From Epiperipatus broadwayi (lineage: Eukaryota > Animalia > Onychophora): DNA of 64,000 nt. Below, in pieces: positions 38,247 to 49,860 of the stretch (its first letter is position 1; each line of letters starts with the position of its first letter). The stretch lies in contig JAQFVV010000004.1 of the NCBI GenBank assembly GCA_028023455.1, positions 19,654,001-19,718,000 on the forward strand. Direction: 5' to 3'. The notes beneath the pieces were generated by a model that was not told where the DNA came from, did no database searches, and saw nothing but the letters and a program-made list of their open reading frames with translations. Made by a program: the position numbers and the translations under genes.

Positions 38247-40240
38247 TTAGATCTGTGAACAAGTTTATTTATTCTTAAATGTAACATATTTAGCAGCGCT
38301 AATTTATTTATGGGTTTACTAAAAATTATTAGAATTTCCTTTGGTTTGTTTTTGAAACTGTAAAGTCAGCTTGTTTAACAATTACAAAGTTCCTAATGAT
38401 ATAAAAGTTTTATATTTTCAAAGTATTGATGTTTGGTTAATTTACTATCTGACTATGAATATGAGAAAAGAAATATTATTCGCAACTTCGTTAAAATGAT
38501 TCTTCAAAAATCTGATTTATGAATTATAGTAACATATTTCTCCTTAGTTGGTTCATAAATAAGTTTATATATTTTCAACACTACACATTTAATAGCTATG
38601 GTTTATTTACAGGTTCATTAAAATTAATTAGAAAGTATATTAAATAAGTTACTTTTATTTTTAAAAATATGAATATCATTAAATTTCATCTTGTAAACTT
38701 TAATCACATGAATACATTTCTATCACCTGCTACCTTTTCAGGTTGTCTAAATATTCATTTATTAATGACATGGTAGAGTCCATTATTTCATTGATGATTA
38801 TCGCTATTATGCTTTCAAAGCAATAAATGGTGTTTCAGTGAATTTGTTAATTTCATAAATGTCCAAAATAAATAATTTCAACTTTGTCATTTGTACTTCA
38901 AGACAATGTTTGGATCTCATTTGTGCATTTTCTTTGCCATCTATAAAATTCCCCAAAGTTTTTTAGAACCACAATTCAAAAAACACGGTACTTTTGCTAT
39001 ATTTTTTTTAGTGTCCAACTTTCTTGTCTATAGTGAATCATAAAAAACAATTTTGATATTTTAATATACATAAGAGCAAAGCTTTATTAACAACACAAAT
39101 ACTTGTAGTTCTTAGCATGCTTTTGACAGATGATTATTATAGATGTAGCAATGCTTATAACAGAGGTAAGGGAATAAGACTCTATTTAAAAGCTAAAAAA
39201 TTAGCATATTATTTGCATAATATATTAATTAATTAGAGCAAGCCACTTTTTGAAAAGGAAAATGCAAAATCCTTTCCTGATGATGGCATAAATTGTCCTT
39301 GGAAATGTGACAAGGGTTTTATTTCCCTACCTCTCTTATAATCATTGTTACATCTATGACAATTATCTGTTGAAACCATGCAAAACACTACAGTATTCAT
39401 ATTGTAAATAAAAATTTGCTCTTAATACATTCACGGAGATAAAGTGTCATAAATTTTACTCAATTCTAATATATGTTTCCACAGATACAATATTACATCT
39501 AAATATCTTTTTAGATTTTCATCACAACTCTGCCCTGTTTGGAATTGGTCTGCAATAAATTTCTTGAGTATTAAATCTTTATTGATGATGAATTATAAAA
39601 CGACTTAGATTGAAACTTATGACTTAGGATTATTGGTAAATTTATCACACATGTATTAATTGTCCGATTATATATTTGGATAATGTAGCTCTGATGATGA
39701 CTGCAGGACTGTTGAAACTGTAAGAATAAAGTTTTGATATAAAAAACAGTATTGTTAAAGTGTATAAGAAGGCTGGAAATGGTATAATAATAATAATTAT
39801 GCCTGTTTTTCTCCATGATTTTGTTTCAATTGACTTTTTTTTTCTTGAAGCCAGGATAAAATTGACCAAGTGAAGAAGGTTTAATATTTAATTTAGGGCT
39901 ACGAGCATTTTTCTAATTGATCTAATGTAAGATTGATAATGGAATATTATAAGATATTGGTAATAAAAATATTGTTAGAAGACTCGGTACATTATGCATA
40001 ATTTTCTATGGTTAGCTCTGCAGAATTAAAAATGCTGTTAATAAATTAAAAATTGTTTGTTTGTAAAATTTGAAAATTATCCATAAATGCCATATTTAAA
40101 ACAAATGAAATCACAATAATTTAATCTACAAGTGCTGAATTTCTTACACTCACACTATTACTAAACAGCTATTATACTAGATATTATCATAGCCCAGATA
40201 TAAACTCTAAATTTGATTTAATATAAACAATTTGTTATTA

Positions 40241-40430
40241 TTATGTATGTGTATAATTAAAATACACATACACACAAAGTAATAATAGTAAATGTTATAA
40301 ATATTAATTCCCCATTTACAACATTTACTATTACTTATATAAGACTATGAGCCTTAATAAAAATTAATATTTATAACATTTACTATTATTACTTTGTGTG
40401 TATGTGTATTTTAATTATACGCATACATAA
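40241..40430. repeat. Near-perfect inverted repeat, 69 bp arms, 52 bp spacer
   Basis: 40241-40309 vs 40362-40430, with one mismatch at a CpG/TpG site. Confidence 0.95.
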
Positions 40431-42127
40431 CACATATATTGAGATCATCCATCTAATGATATTAATTAAGTCTTCTATCTCGTAGCATATTGATTTGATA
40501 TATATATTTAAGAATACATGAAATAAACAGTGATAAACTTCTATAAAATACATTATTAATTTGTACAATTTTATATTTCTTTAATTGTAAAAAAAAGAAA
40601 AGAAAGTAATTTGCTTTCTTTCTTTGATTTAAAATATATGTAATAGTTTTTATAGTGCTAGTTTTTTTAAAAAAACTAATCATATTGTTTACTTGTAATT
40701 ATTTTTAGAAATCAGTCTAGGCTTAATATCCAGTAGAAGGTTACTTTGGTTAAAATTAATGAACCTGTAACCTTTTTCCAATTATAATTTTATTTTAAAA
40801 TAATGAAATTCTTAAAATGTAATTAAAAATTAAGCAAGTATCAGATTAATGTAATAAATTAATATTGATAGAGAACTTGTCTTTCAATAAACAACTAGAA
40901 AACTATAATCTCCTGTAACTTTACAAATGAATAGAATTGAAGCTTAGATTGTGAAAAAAAAACCCGAAAGACAAAGCTCTTGAAGGTATGAATGTACAGT
41001 TTAATATTAGCCACTATTACTATTGCTATTACATGCAATTCTGCATTGATAATCTGCTAAGAAAATCTTTTGTATTATTCATTTTGCTACTCCATGTAAT
41101 CTAATTGAAGATTATCATTAGAAATTTCACAACCAATTTAAAGAAAGCTGTGTATGAAAAAAAAACCCATTACTTTTATATATATAGTGACTACATCAGC
41201 AATAAAACCATTCAACACCATATATACAAATATATCAAACCAGTCCAAGATATGAGAGAACAGTCTATATAGAAATATTTCAGTAAGTTGAAAAAGTTCA
41301 ACAAATGATTAAACTGAAATATCACCAAATCTGAATCTTAAAATATACAGTCACATATTGAGTTACATTCCAAAAATATAAATATAAAAAAATACAAAGA
41401 GTTCTTTCGGCCATATTTAAAATAATTTAATACTTTTATTAATAATTTATTTACATTATTTTAACTTATGTTAATTTTCTTATTTCTAAACTTAATTTTT
41501 GTTTATATATATATTGTAAGTATATATAATATATTTGTATTTAAATTTTATATATTAATATATTTTATGTGTTACCTTGTGTATACTAAACTATCTACAT
41601 AGTTTAAATATTTCATAATATATTCATTAAATAAGAAAGTGAAAAATAATGTTAAAGAAAATCCATTTTCATTAATATTTTATTGCATATACAAATATAT
41701 ATATATATTGGAATACATATTTATAAATAGCTAAATGTATATATTATATCCAATATAACTTGTTTTTTTCTTTTATTGCCTTGTAGATATGGGTATATCG
41801 AAACTGGAAGTGTTAAAAAAAAGTACAAGTAAACATAGAAATAGAAAACGAATTGAACAGGCAATTAGGGAACTAATGAATAACAGAAGATTCAAAGTTT
41901 TATCTAAGGGCTGTTCATGTACTATAAATACCTGTTTGTAACTTACTTTGCGAGTCTTTCTGTCAACGTATATCCAGAATTATAGTGGACTTTAATCCTG
42001 CTGTTATAACCCAGTAAAATTTCTGCTGAAGGTGAAGAAAGGGGATATAAATTTTAAAGAGGCTGCACTGATCTATATTATTACTTTGTATACCTTATGG
42101 TTCTAATTGTAAATAGCCATTATTATA

Positions 42128-43520
42128 CTGTCATCGTTATCATGTATTATTATTACTTGTATTAATTTGTTATAGTGTACTTAAATGCTGTCAGTTATAA
42201 TTGTATAAATTCATGCTAACATTATTAAACAAGAAATAACTAAAGGTGCTCAGTGTGCCCCATTTTTTGCTCCATTATTAATCAGCACATAGCACAACTT
42301 GGTGCAGTCAGACAAGCAGTTGAAAAAAAATGAAAAGCCAGTTGGCACAGCCAGACAAAAATTGAAAAAAAAATGCCAGCTCATCTCAATGAGACTGTGA
42401 ATTAGAAAAAGCCATTTTAGCAATCAAAAAAAAAAAGCTTGAACCTAAAGTGTTGAGGCATGGAGCAAAAAGTAAGTAATAGGCATTAAAGAAAAGATAG
42501 AGATAATGAATATGGCAACTTTTAAGTTAGGTATTGGGGAACTTGATGGTAACTACCCTTCCAAGTGGCCCATTTATACAACTCATATAGCTAAATATTT
42601 CACAGTAAATAAGATGAAAGAAAATATCTCTAAAATCACCACACTGTTGCTTTTCAGGGGTCCAAGATTGAGGTCAGGAACCAATTATGTCAACCTGATG
42701 ACCCCAAAAGTCTAACTTGTGCAGAAGTTATTAAGTGAATAAATAATCATTTTAGCCCCAAAACATCAAACCATATAGCCAGACTACACCTAAATAGATG
42801 AAGGGAGTTGGTTATAGGGCTTATGACATTCCATTAAGAGACTTGGCCAGAAACTGTGCATATGTCATTTATTTAGATAAGGCCTTATTGGACCAATTCC
42901 TGTGGGGGATGAAAGACAACAGACTCTGTCAGCAGCTATTGGCCATCCCTGAGTTAAATTATGTAGAAGCAATCAAAAAGGAAATTATGAGATTTCTTTT
43001 ACATTATTGATCAGATGCAGGTAGCTGAAATAAAACATCACTTCTTAAAATAAGCAGGGATCTAAAAAACTAAAACATAAATTGGGAATGTTTTTGCTGC
43101 CTAAAGGCTGTTCACCTTGCTTATGAGTGCATCAGAAAGAATGTGAGATATAATAATTGTGGAAAGGTGGGATACCTAGTGAAAGTTTGCAAAACTAAAA
43201 TTAAATCAGAAGTAAATAGAGATTTCCTGAGAAATAAAATGATAAAACCGAAACAGCTCACTGAAATCCATAAGGCAGTGACTGATAATTGTTAATAATC
43301 AAAATACATGGTATATCAGTTGAAATGGAGATACCGGCTCATATTAAGTATGGAACTAAAAAGTAAACTGAGAATTGAAAGTATGAGAGTAAGTCAAGAG
43401 ATACACAAAAAAATCCCATTAACATGGAGTGGTGAATGTCATGGTAACTACAAATCATGTATATATCCAAATTATTCTTTAAATAATAATTATTTGGTTT
43501 ATATGACATTACACATATAA
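42128..43520 (+). mobile_element. Second decayed Gypsy element: possible LTR, PBS, gag with two zinc knuckles, protease remnant
   Basis: PBS TGGTGCAGTCAG at 42300-42311 (reads as CpG-decayed TGGCGCAGTCGG, tRNA-Ser type); gag LRDLARNCAY..LDKALLDQFLWGMKDNRLCQQLL; CFCCLKAVHLAYEC and NCGKVGYLVKVC; DTGS near 43330. LTR start is uncertain. Confidence 0.8.
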
Positions 43521-44689
43521 ATACTAGTTTATATTCACAATGAGATGAAGAGATATGTTTTTATGAACAAATATTATTTCAAAATATTACGAATAAATAG
43601 ATGTTTATCTAAAATGATATGATAGGAATTCAAAGTAATTCTTATCTTAGAAAAAATTGTTCGATCGACTTAATAAAATTACACAGGCAGGTAGATATGA
43701 CTCTTGAACATCTTCTGACATTTGTATTACATCTTTGAAATATACATAACATCCATTTTAAAGGATAAAATATTATGATAGGTTATAATGCAATGAAGCA
43801 ATTTTGATGATTTTTCATTTATAATAAATTGTTGTTTTCCCATAAATTTTTTTTAATATGCTGACCGGTTCATGGGCAGATAATGTTGCTTTTTATCCTT
43901 CCCTTTTGTTCAATTAAATATATACTTTTAAAATAAATAAAAAGAAAAGAATATAGAGAGGTTTATATGTGCTTTTGTTTAAAGCCAAAACAAGAGAGGA
44001 AAGAGTTCAAACTATTCACTTCTATTTATAAGATTTTTTCATTGATATTAGCATAACTGTAGCAATTCTCTATATTCATTATTTAAGCAATTTCCAGTAG
44101 TGTCTCTCTAATAAAAAATTGTATTATATAAGCAAATAAAAATATATATTTTAGAATTATTATACACAACAAAAATTTGTTTCACAATGCCAATACTATT
44201 TTTCATTCTAACAAAAATTGAACAATCTACATCACAATTTCAATATATTACACTGGATATATATATATTTCATACATATCTTCCAAGTATAATATTACAC
44301 ATATAAAAATAACTAATATATTCAAAATATTAAGCATTTATTTGTATTGTTTAAATTTACTATCATGAATGCAATAACAAAAACAGAACTCATAATAAAA
44401 AAATAATAATTTTATCCAAACTATATGCTTTATTATTTACACATTCATTTTCCTTTTTAAAATGAATAAAGTCAATTTACAATCTTATAATATAATTAAT
44501 GATAAACAATTTTATATTAATATTATTGTCATTATAGCAACACAGTTCAATACTTCATAAGTTAACATATTCACCAACCAAAAATCAAACAAGATAAAAA
44601 AATTTAGGACTGACATCTTACCACATACTGAAACTCATTTCAAATTTCAGTAGGGACAACATATATATATATTGCGATATCTACATACA

Positions 44690-46330
44690 ATATAGTCTCG
44701 CATGTATCTAGATTATTGATCCTCAATAATAATAAAGAAGGTTTTCGTTAAAAGAAATATAAAACCAATAAATAAAAAAAAAAAAGAAATTAGGAAATAC
44801 TAAATAAAGATTGAAGATTAGAAAAGAAAGGGGAGAGGTGTATAATGAACGCGTCTCTTTCTTTCTTGGTAAATAAAGTTATTGTAAACGTATTGATCAA
44901 ATAAAAAATGCTAATACATAATTTAATATTCGAAATGTTTTAAAAGAATGAGAGAAAATAATGGTAACTGTAAAATTGGAAAATGTGAAAGTTGTAACAA
45001 AATTCCAGTATAGATTGGTATAAGATAAGGTAATGTAAAGGAATATGGCAATTAGCAACATTCCAGAGAACAATAGGAGAACGAAGCGAGATAAGCAGAA
45101 CTGATTTTTTTTTAGTTAGTTTTTTTTTTTTTGGCTGGCAAAACTAGGGAGAAGAAGGCAGAAATCGTGGAGAGAATAATGCGGACATATTGTAGGAATA
45201 TTAGCGAACTTCGTTGGATACGCTAACATGAGAGGCTAGTGGCACATAACGGGCATTTGCTCGGTCTTCTCCGTCCAAACATTGGCTCACTATCTAAACA
45301 TCTGATATGCTGCCGATAAGAGACCGCCATCATGGAACCAGATATGCCTGGATATTCGTTCGATGGTACCTAAAGAAATGAATAGGTATTAAAGTTTCGG
45401 AAATGGAATGAAATCAAACCCACGCCAGCGGACTATAAAACTTTACACTCCACTTACTGGACGACGGAAGAACAAGCAACCATCTCTGCAAAAGAAGGGA
45501 AAGCTCCCACTCGATGGTTGATCCGTCATTGAGGATTCCGTACCTAGGTAACTTTTGTTAATACATGCATGTCATAATTATTTTGTGAACAAAGAAATCA
45601 ATCAGAAACTAAACTGTTAAATTTTGCGCAATACTTCGTTCAATATAGCTAAAGAACTTATGAGCTTTACTATCATAATGTATGAGACAAGTAACAATTG
45701 GGTTACGCTAGTGGTTTAATGAGTTATTTGAATTATATTCTTTACTATTTTATTTGTGTGCATATTATGTTGGTGTGTGGTAGATATATGTGTGTTTTAT
45801 TGTTTATTATGTCATTTATAAATAATCGATTACAAAATTAAAAATTATTTTGAAAAAGAAGTAACTAGTCATTTTGCAATTTGTCTTTCTTTGCCAAGCG
45901 AACAAATATTTAGTGTAGATTAAATCTAGGTCATTCGAACTGACAAATGTTATTAATTTAAGAATCATAATAGAGAAATAGAAGTGGACAAATAAGTCAT
46001 TTCCGATTGTAGAAAAAAAATAGGGAAAGGGCTATAGTCGATATTCTTTCTGTACCGCGATAGTCTCGGGAAAAATATATAAATATTCCAAGCGCTGGAC
46101 AGAAATAATTGTTTGATTCAAATAATATGCCCAGCAGAGAAGAAGCGTTTAATTGGGAAATATAATGCTGGGGCGATATTTATATACCGTGTCAGTGTTC
46201 AATTAAGAATATAGGCTCAAGTTTTGGGTTTATATTGGCTTCTTGCTTGTGGTAATAATCATCTATAGTGAAACGTTCAGTCACGTGAGTGTAAGTGGAA
46301 GGGTTGGCGTTTTACGAGGGAGCGATTTGT
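44690..46330. promoter_or_regulatory. CpG-rich island, candidate promoter/first-exon region
   Basis: Highest CpG and GC in the window (core 45150-45550). E-box TCACGTGA at about 46281, ATTGGC at about 45281 and 46235, plus-strand donor TAG|GTAACT at 45548/9, strong minus-strand splice signals. Confidence 0.55.
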
Positions 46331-46351
46331 TACAATATATATATATATGAT

Positions 46352-46794
46352 TAAAAAAAAATCAAATCAGATGTCACATGACCTAATTTAATAAGTTTGT
46401 ATTTACAATTGTTATATATGAGCTTGCAAAATAAGTCTTAACAAGCTTTGTAAAATATCTCCAACCCAGACCAGTTTCTGCTACTGACATCCTGAGGTGC
46501 TAGGATATTCAATCATTAGATTAAAAATACTAGGACAAGCCCAGCACTTTAGCTAATGTATAACTATTAAGTAGAAAATCTGAAAATTTCAGACATCCAT
46601 ATATCTTACAATCCAGCTATCTAATTTAAATAGCCATATGGGACTAAACTAAGTTCAGATACACCATATATTAATAGCTTTAATAATATAAAATCACCAA
46701 AGCCATCATAAAAAATATAAAATTACAAAAAAAAATCAAGTCAGATGTCACACGACCTAATTTAATAAGCTTATATTTAGAAATGTTATATATA
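46352..46794 (+). repeat. About 66 bp direct repeat x2 (46352-46418, 46728-46794)
   Basis: AAAAAAAATCAA(A/G)TCAGATGTCACA(T/C)GACCTAATTTAATAAG...TGTTATATAT occurs twice. Confidence 0.9.
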
Positions 46795-46797
46795 GTA

Positions 46798-47760
46798 CAC
46801 CTGGGTCTCTTTTTACGCGGATTTATTTAATGCGATTTTGAAGTTATGCGATTCACGTTTCTCTGGAAGTCGAACTTCGATAATGCGCTATTACTTTAAA
46901 TAATAAATTTCATGCACTTACGTCATATTGAAAGTAATAACACATTATTGGAATTCGACTTTCACCTTAGTAATTTCAATATTTTCAGTGCTTTATAATA
47001 GTAAGATTTTATGCAATAATGAAATTAAAATCATGATTTCCACATTTTATGTATACACACATTAAATTTTACAAGATTATAATGTAAATTTGTTCAAACA
47101 TTGTGCGTGTTAATTTTGCATTTTAAATCACATTCTGTTTTTGCTTTTTAAAAAAGAACGTAATCAATTATTAATCATTTAGTGTCCGCAAATTTATTTT
47201 TAAAAGGTAATAGCAGTGGGCACAATTAAAATTGAAAATTAAAAAATTAAAGACAAAAATAAAAATTTAATTTTTAGTTGTTAGATTAATTACTAATTAC
47301 GTTGTCACCAGAAAACCACTCATACAACGTGAGAGTGACATTGGCGCTAGTTGTATTTCCTCTTGTGAAGAATCTGATTTTTTACCAGTTTGCAAACGAA
47401 CAATGTTTATCGGCAAATAACAATAATAATTAAAACATGTATAAAAATGTAAATTACTGTAAATTATGCATAAAAATATATTGTTTTGAAGAAAATTAAA
47501 TATTATAGTTAAAAAAAGTTTGTCTTGTATCAATTTTTTTCAAATTTGAAATTTTTTATTAGTCATATTTTATTTCCTTATTTTTTTTTTTGTGCGAATT
47601 TTAAAGTAATTTTACGTTGGTGCTTTGCTTTTATGTGATTTTTGAAAAATCACAGTCTGCATCCCCCCTTTTTCAAGGTAAGTTACGTCTATTTTTGCGT
47701 GATTTCATTTGCGCATGTTTTCTGAGGAACCTATCTATCGCATAAAATGAGACCCAGGTG
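46798..47760. mobile_element. Non-autonomous Tc1/mariner-superfamily (pogo/Tigger-like) DNA transposon, 963 bp
   Basis: TIRs CACCTGGGTCTCTTTTTACGCG / CGCATAAAATGAGACCCAGGTG; TA TSD at 46796-46797 and 47761-47762; CpGs retained. Confidence 0.88.
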
Positions 47761-47970
47761 TATATATATATATATGAATATAATCCCAGTACTAATGCTA
47801 AACTGAAATATCTAATATTCTTATTTCACAGAGAGCAGTGCTAGATTTCTTAACAATGTGGGAAGATTTAATATTATATATATGGCACTTAATAAAATAA
47901 AATATGTTTAAATTAGATGGCCTCTTCTGTTTTGGCATATTTTTTAAGAAATAGTAAAAAGATAATAATA

Positions 47971-47989
47971 GTTGTTGTTGTTGTTGTTG

Positions 47990-48072
<83 letters not shown>

Positions 48073-48100
48073 GCTGTTGCTGTTGTTGTTATTGTTATTT
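47971..48100. repeat. Compound (GTT)n(ATT)n microsatellite
   Basis: Directly visible; source of the poly-Val/poly-Ile ORF 47917-48174. Confidence 0.98.
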
Positions 48101-48460
48101 TTCCTTATATTTTAAAATATGAGGGTGATGAAATCATTTCTTATAATAATAATTTTAGACTAGAGGATATCTAATAATGAATAATATTTCCATAGTGAAA
48201 GTTACACTAAAGAAATATTATTCACTTCTTTTAATATTTAGCTGATTGGAAATGTGCGATCATTAAAACTTCTAAAATGTGTATCTGACTGAATTCATAA
48301 TCTTAAGAGTTGTGGCATTTGCAGAATTCCACCATGGGTTTTTTTTTCTTAAATGTAAATCAAAATTTTGATGCTAATGATATTATATACACATATTTAT
48401 ACTTGAATTAACTAAATAATTTCAATTTTACTTTTGTATATAGTGATTTATTTTTTACAG

Positions 48461-48600
48461 GTCTTTCAAGTGTGGCAAAGAAAATTTAACGAAGAAACAA
48501 AGTCTCAACTCTCTCCTTGTGTCTTTTGTTGGCAAGTTGTGATCTAAATTAAGAAAGACACCAGCACATTAAAATTGAGTGCCTTTCTAAAAGTTGTTCT
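48461..48600 (+). other. Candidate non-coding (UTR or lncRNA) internal exon
   Basis: Acceptor TTTTTTTTACAG|G and donor TCT|GTAAGT, 140 nt apart; all three frames contain stops. Confidence 0.4.
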
Positions 48601-49151
48601 GTAAGTCACTAATGGGAAACAATAAAATAAAAATCCATTAGCAAATTTTGATTAGTTATCTCATATCAATTAAAGTAATCAAGAATTTTAATTTATAAAG
48701 TCTTTACCGGATTTATTGGTCCCTTCACATTCTCGATCTAAACACCCACTGCGACCATTTTATTTTTGGCTATTTTTGCTTATTTTAACAACCAACAGCT
48801 TTTATGACTATTACCAAATTGAAAATGCTTCTAAAAAAAAAATTTAATCCAAGAAACTTATTTACACCTGGTAATTTTAAATTTCAAATAAAAATGTGTG
48901 TAATATGCTAAAAATTTTGGGCAAACAAATACACATACATACAATTTCAACGTTAATTACTGTATTCATTGATTACACATTATTCCAATACTAACAAACA
49001 TTTCCCATTTTATTCTTTTAAGAGCTTTTTATTTTATCTGAATCAAAATCATGAATTTAATTTGTTGTCCAATAGTTCAGCCATAAAATGTGATCATTAT
49101 CAATGATCTTCTACCTAATATAGGAAAGAAAGTCTTAAAATGTAAAGCAAT

Positions 49152-49255
49152 AGTCTTGCGTTGTTAGCCGAGAGGTAGCGCAGCCGCCATGCAAGCAAGT
49201 AGTTGGTTGCAGACGGGTGTGGGTTCGCGTCCCGGCAGATGCTATGACATATGAA
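49152..49255 (+). mobile_element. tRNA-Gly-derived SINE, young copy with 16 bp TSD
   Basis: TSD AAAATGTAAAGCAATA at 49137-49152 and 49256-49271; near-identical to the 20654-20770 copy. Confidence 0.95.
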
Positions 49256-49384
49256 AAAATGTAAAGCAATACATGCCTATATTTGTTTCATCCTGGAAAT
49301 AACAAAAAATTTACTATCAAGTAATTTACACAGAACATAAATAAACTATATAAATACTAATTTAACATGATCAATATACAGCTA

Positions 49385-49860
49385 TATAAAAATCCTCTAC
49401 TTCTTCATCACAATGAGAACTTATTGGGGCTTAAATCTAAATTATCTGCATTTGGCATCTACCATTAAGTTAAATAATTAATCTTGCACTCTATCTGATA
49501 CACCATCATTCTCCACCATGTTCTGCTTTTTATTTATAATGAATTCTATTCCAGTTGTGCTTCCAATATTTATGCCTTTGAAGTGTAGTACATATTCCCT
49601 TTTTAAATTAATGGTCTCTTTATCTTTTCTTCTAATTTTACAAAATCTAATAATATCCTATTTAATATTAGATAGTTCATCCAATTCTTGCACTCTTCCT
49701 TTACTTGAAAAGGACATGCATTTGTAAGTAACTAAATAAAAGATTGTCATCAAATGGCAATCTGGATCCAAAATCAGGTTCTTAACACCCTCCACATTTG
49801 GCCGCCAACTACTACCTTGGCCGATGACTTTAAAACCTCTTGGGAATGAGAGCCATGATT
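49385..49860 (-). mobile_element. RTE-clade LINE 5' fragment (AP endonuclease N-terminus)
   Basis: LVTYKCMSFSSKGRVQELDELSNIK*DIIRFCKIRRK...GIEFIINKK...GVSDRV and APISSHCDEEVEDFY. Confidence 0.85.

Noticed and set aside
38340-41170. Possible old inverted repeats flanking about 2 kb
   Set aside because: Only about 20-35 bp patches of similarity in very AT-rich DNA.
41785-41815. GATAT/ATATC hairpin followed by GAAAC as an HHR
   Set aside because: No CUGANGA upstream and no UH cleavage triplet.
41946-42025. Minus-strand candidate exon (ILLGYNSRIKVHYNSGYTLTERLA)
   Set aside because: Plausible splice sites and one open frame, but no recognisable homology or partner exons.
47917-48174. 85 aa poly-Val/poly-Ile ORF
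   Set aside because: Microsatellite translation.
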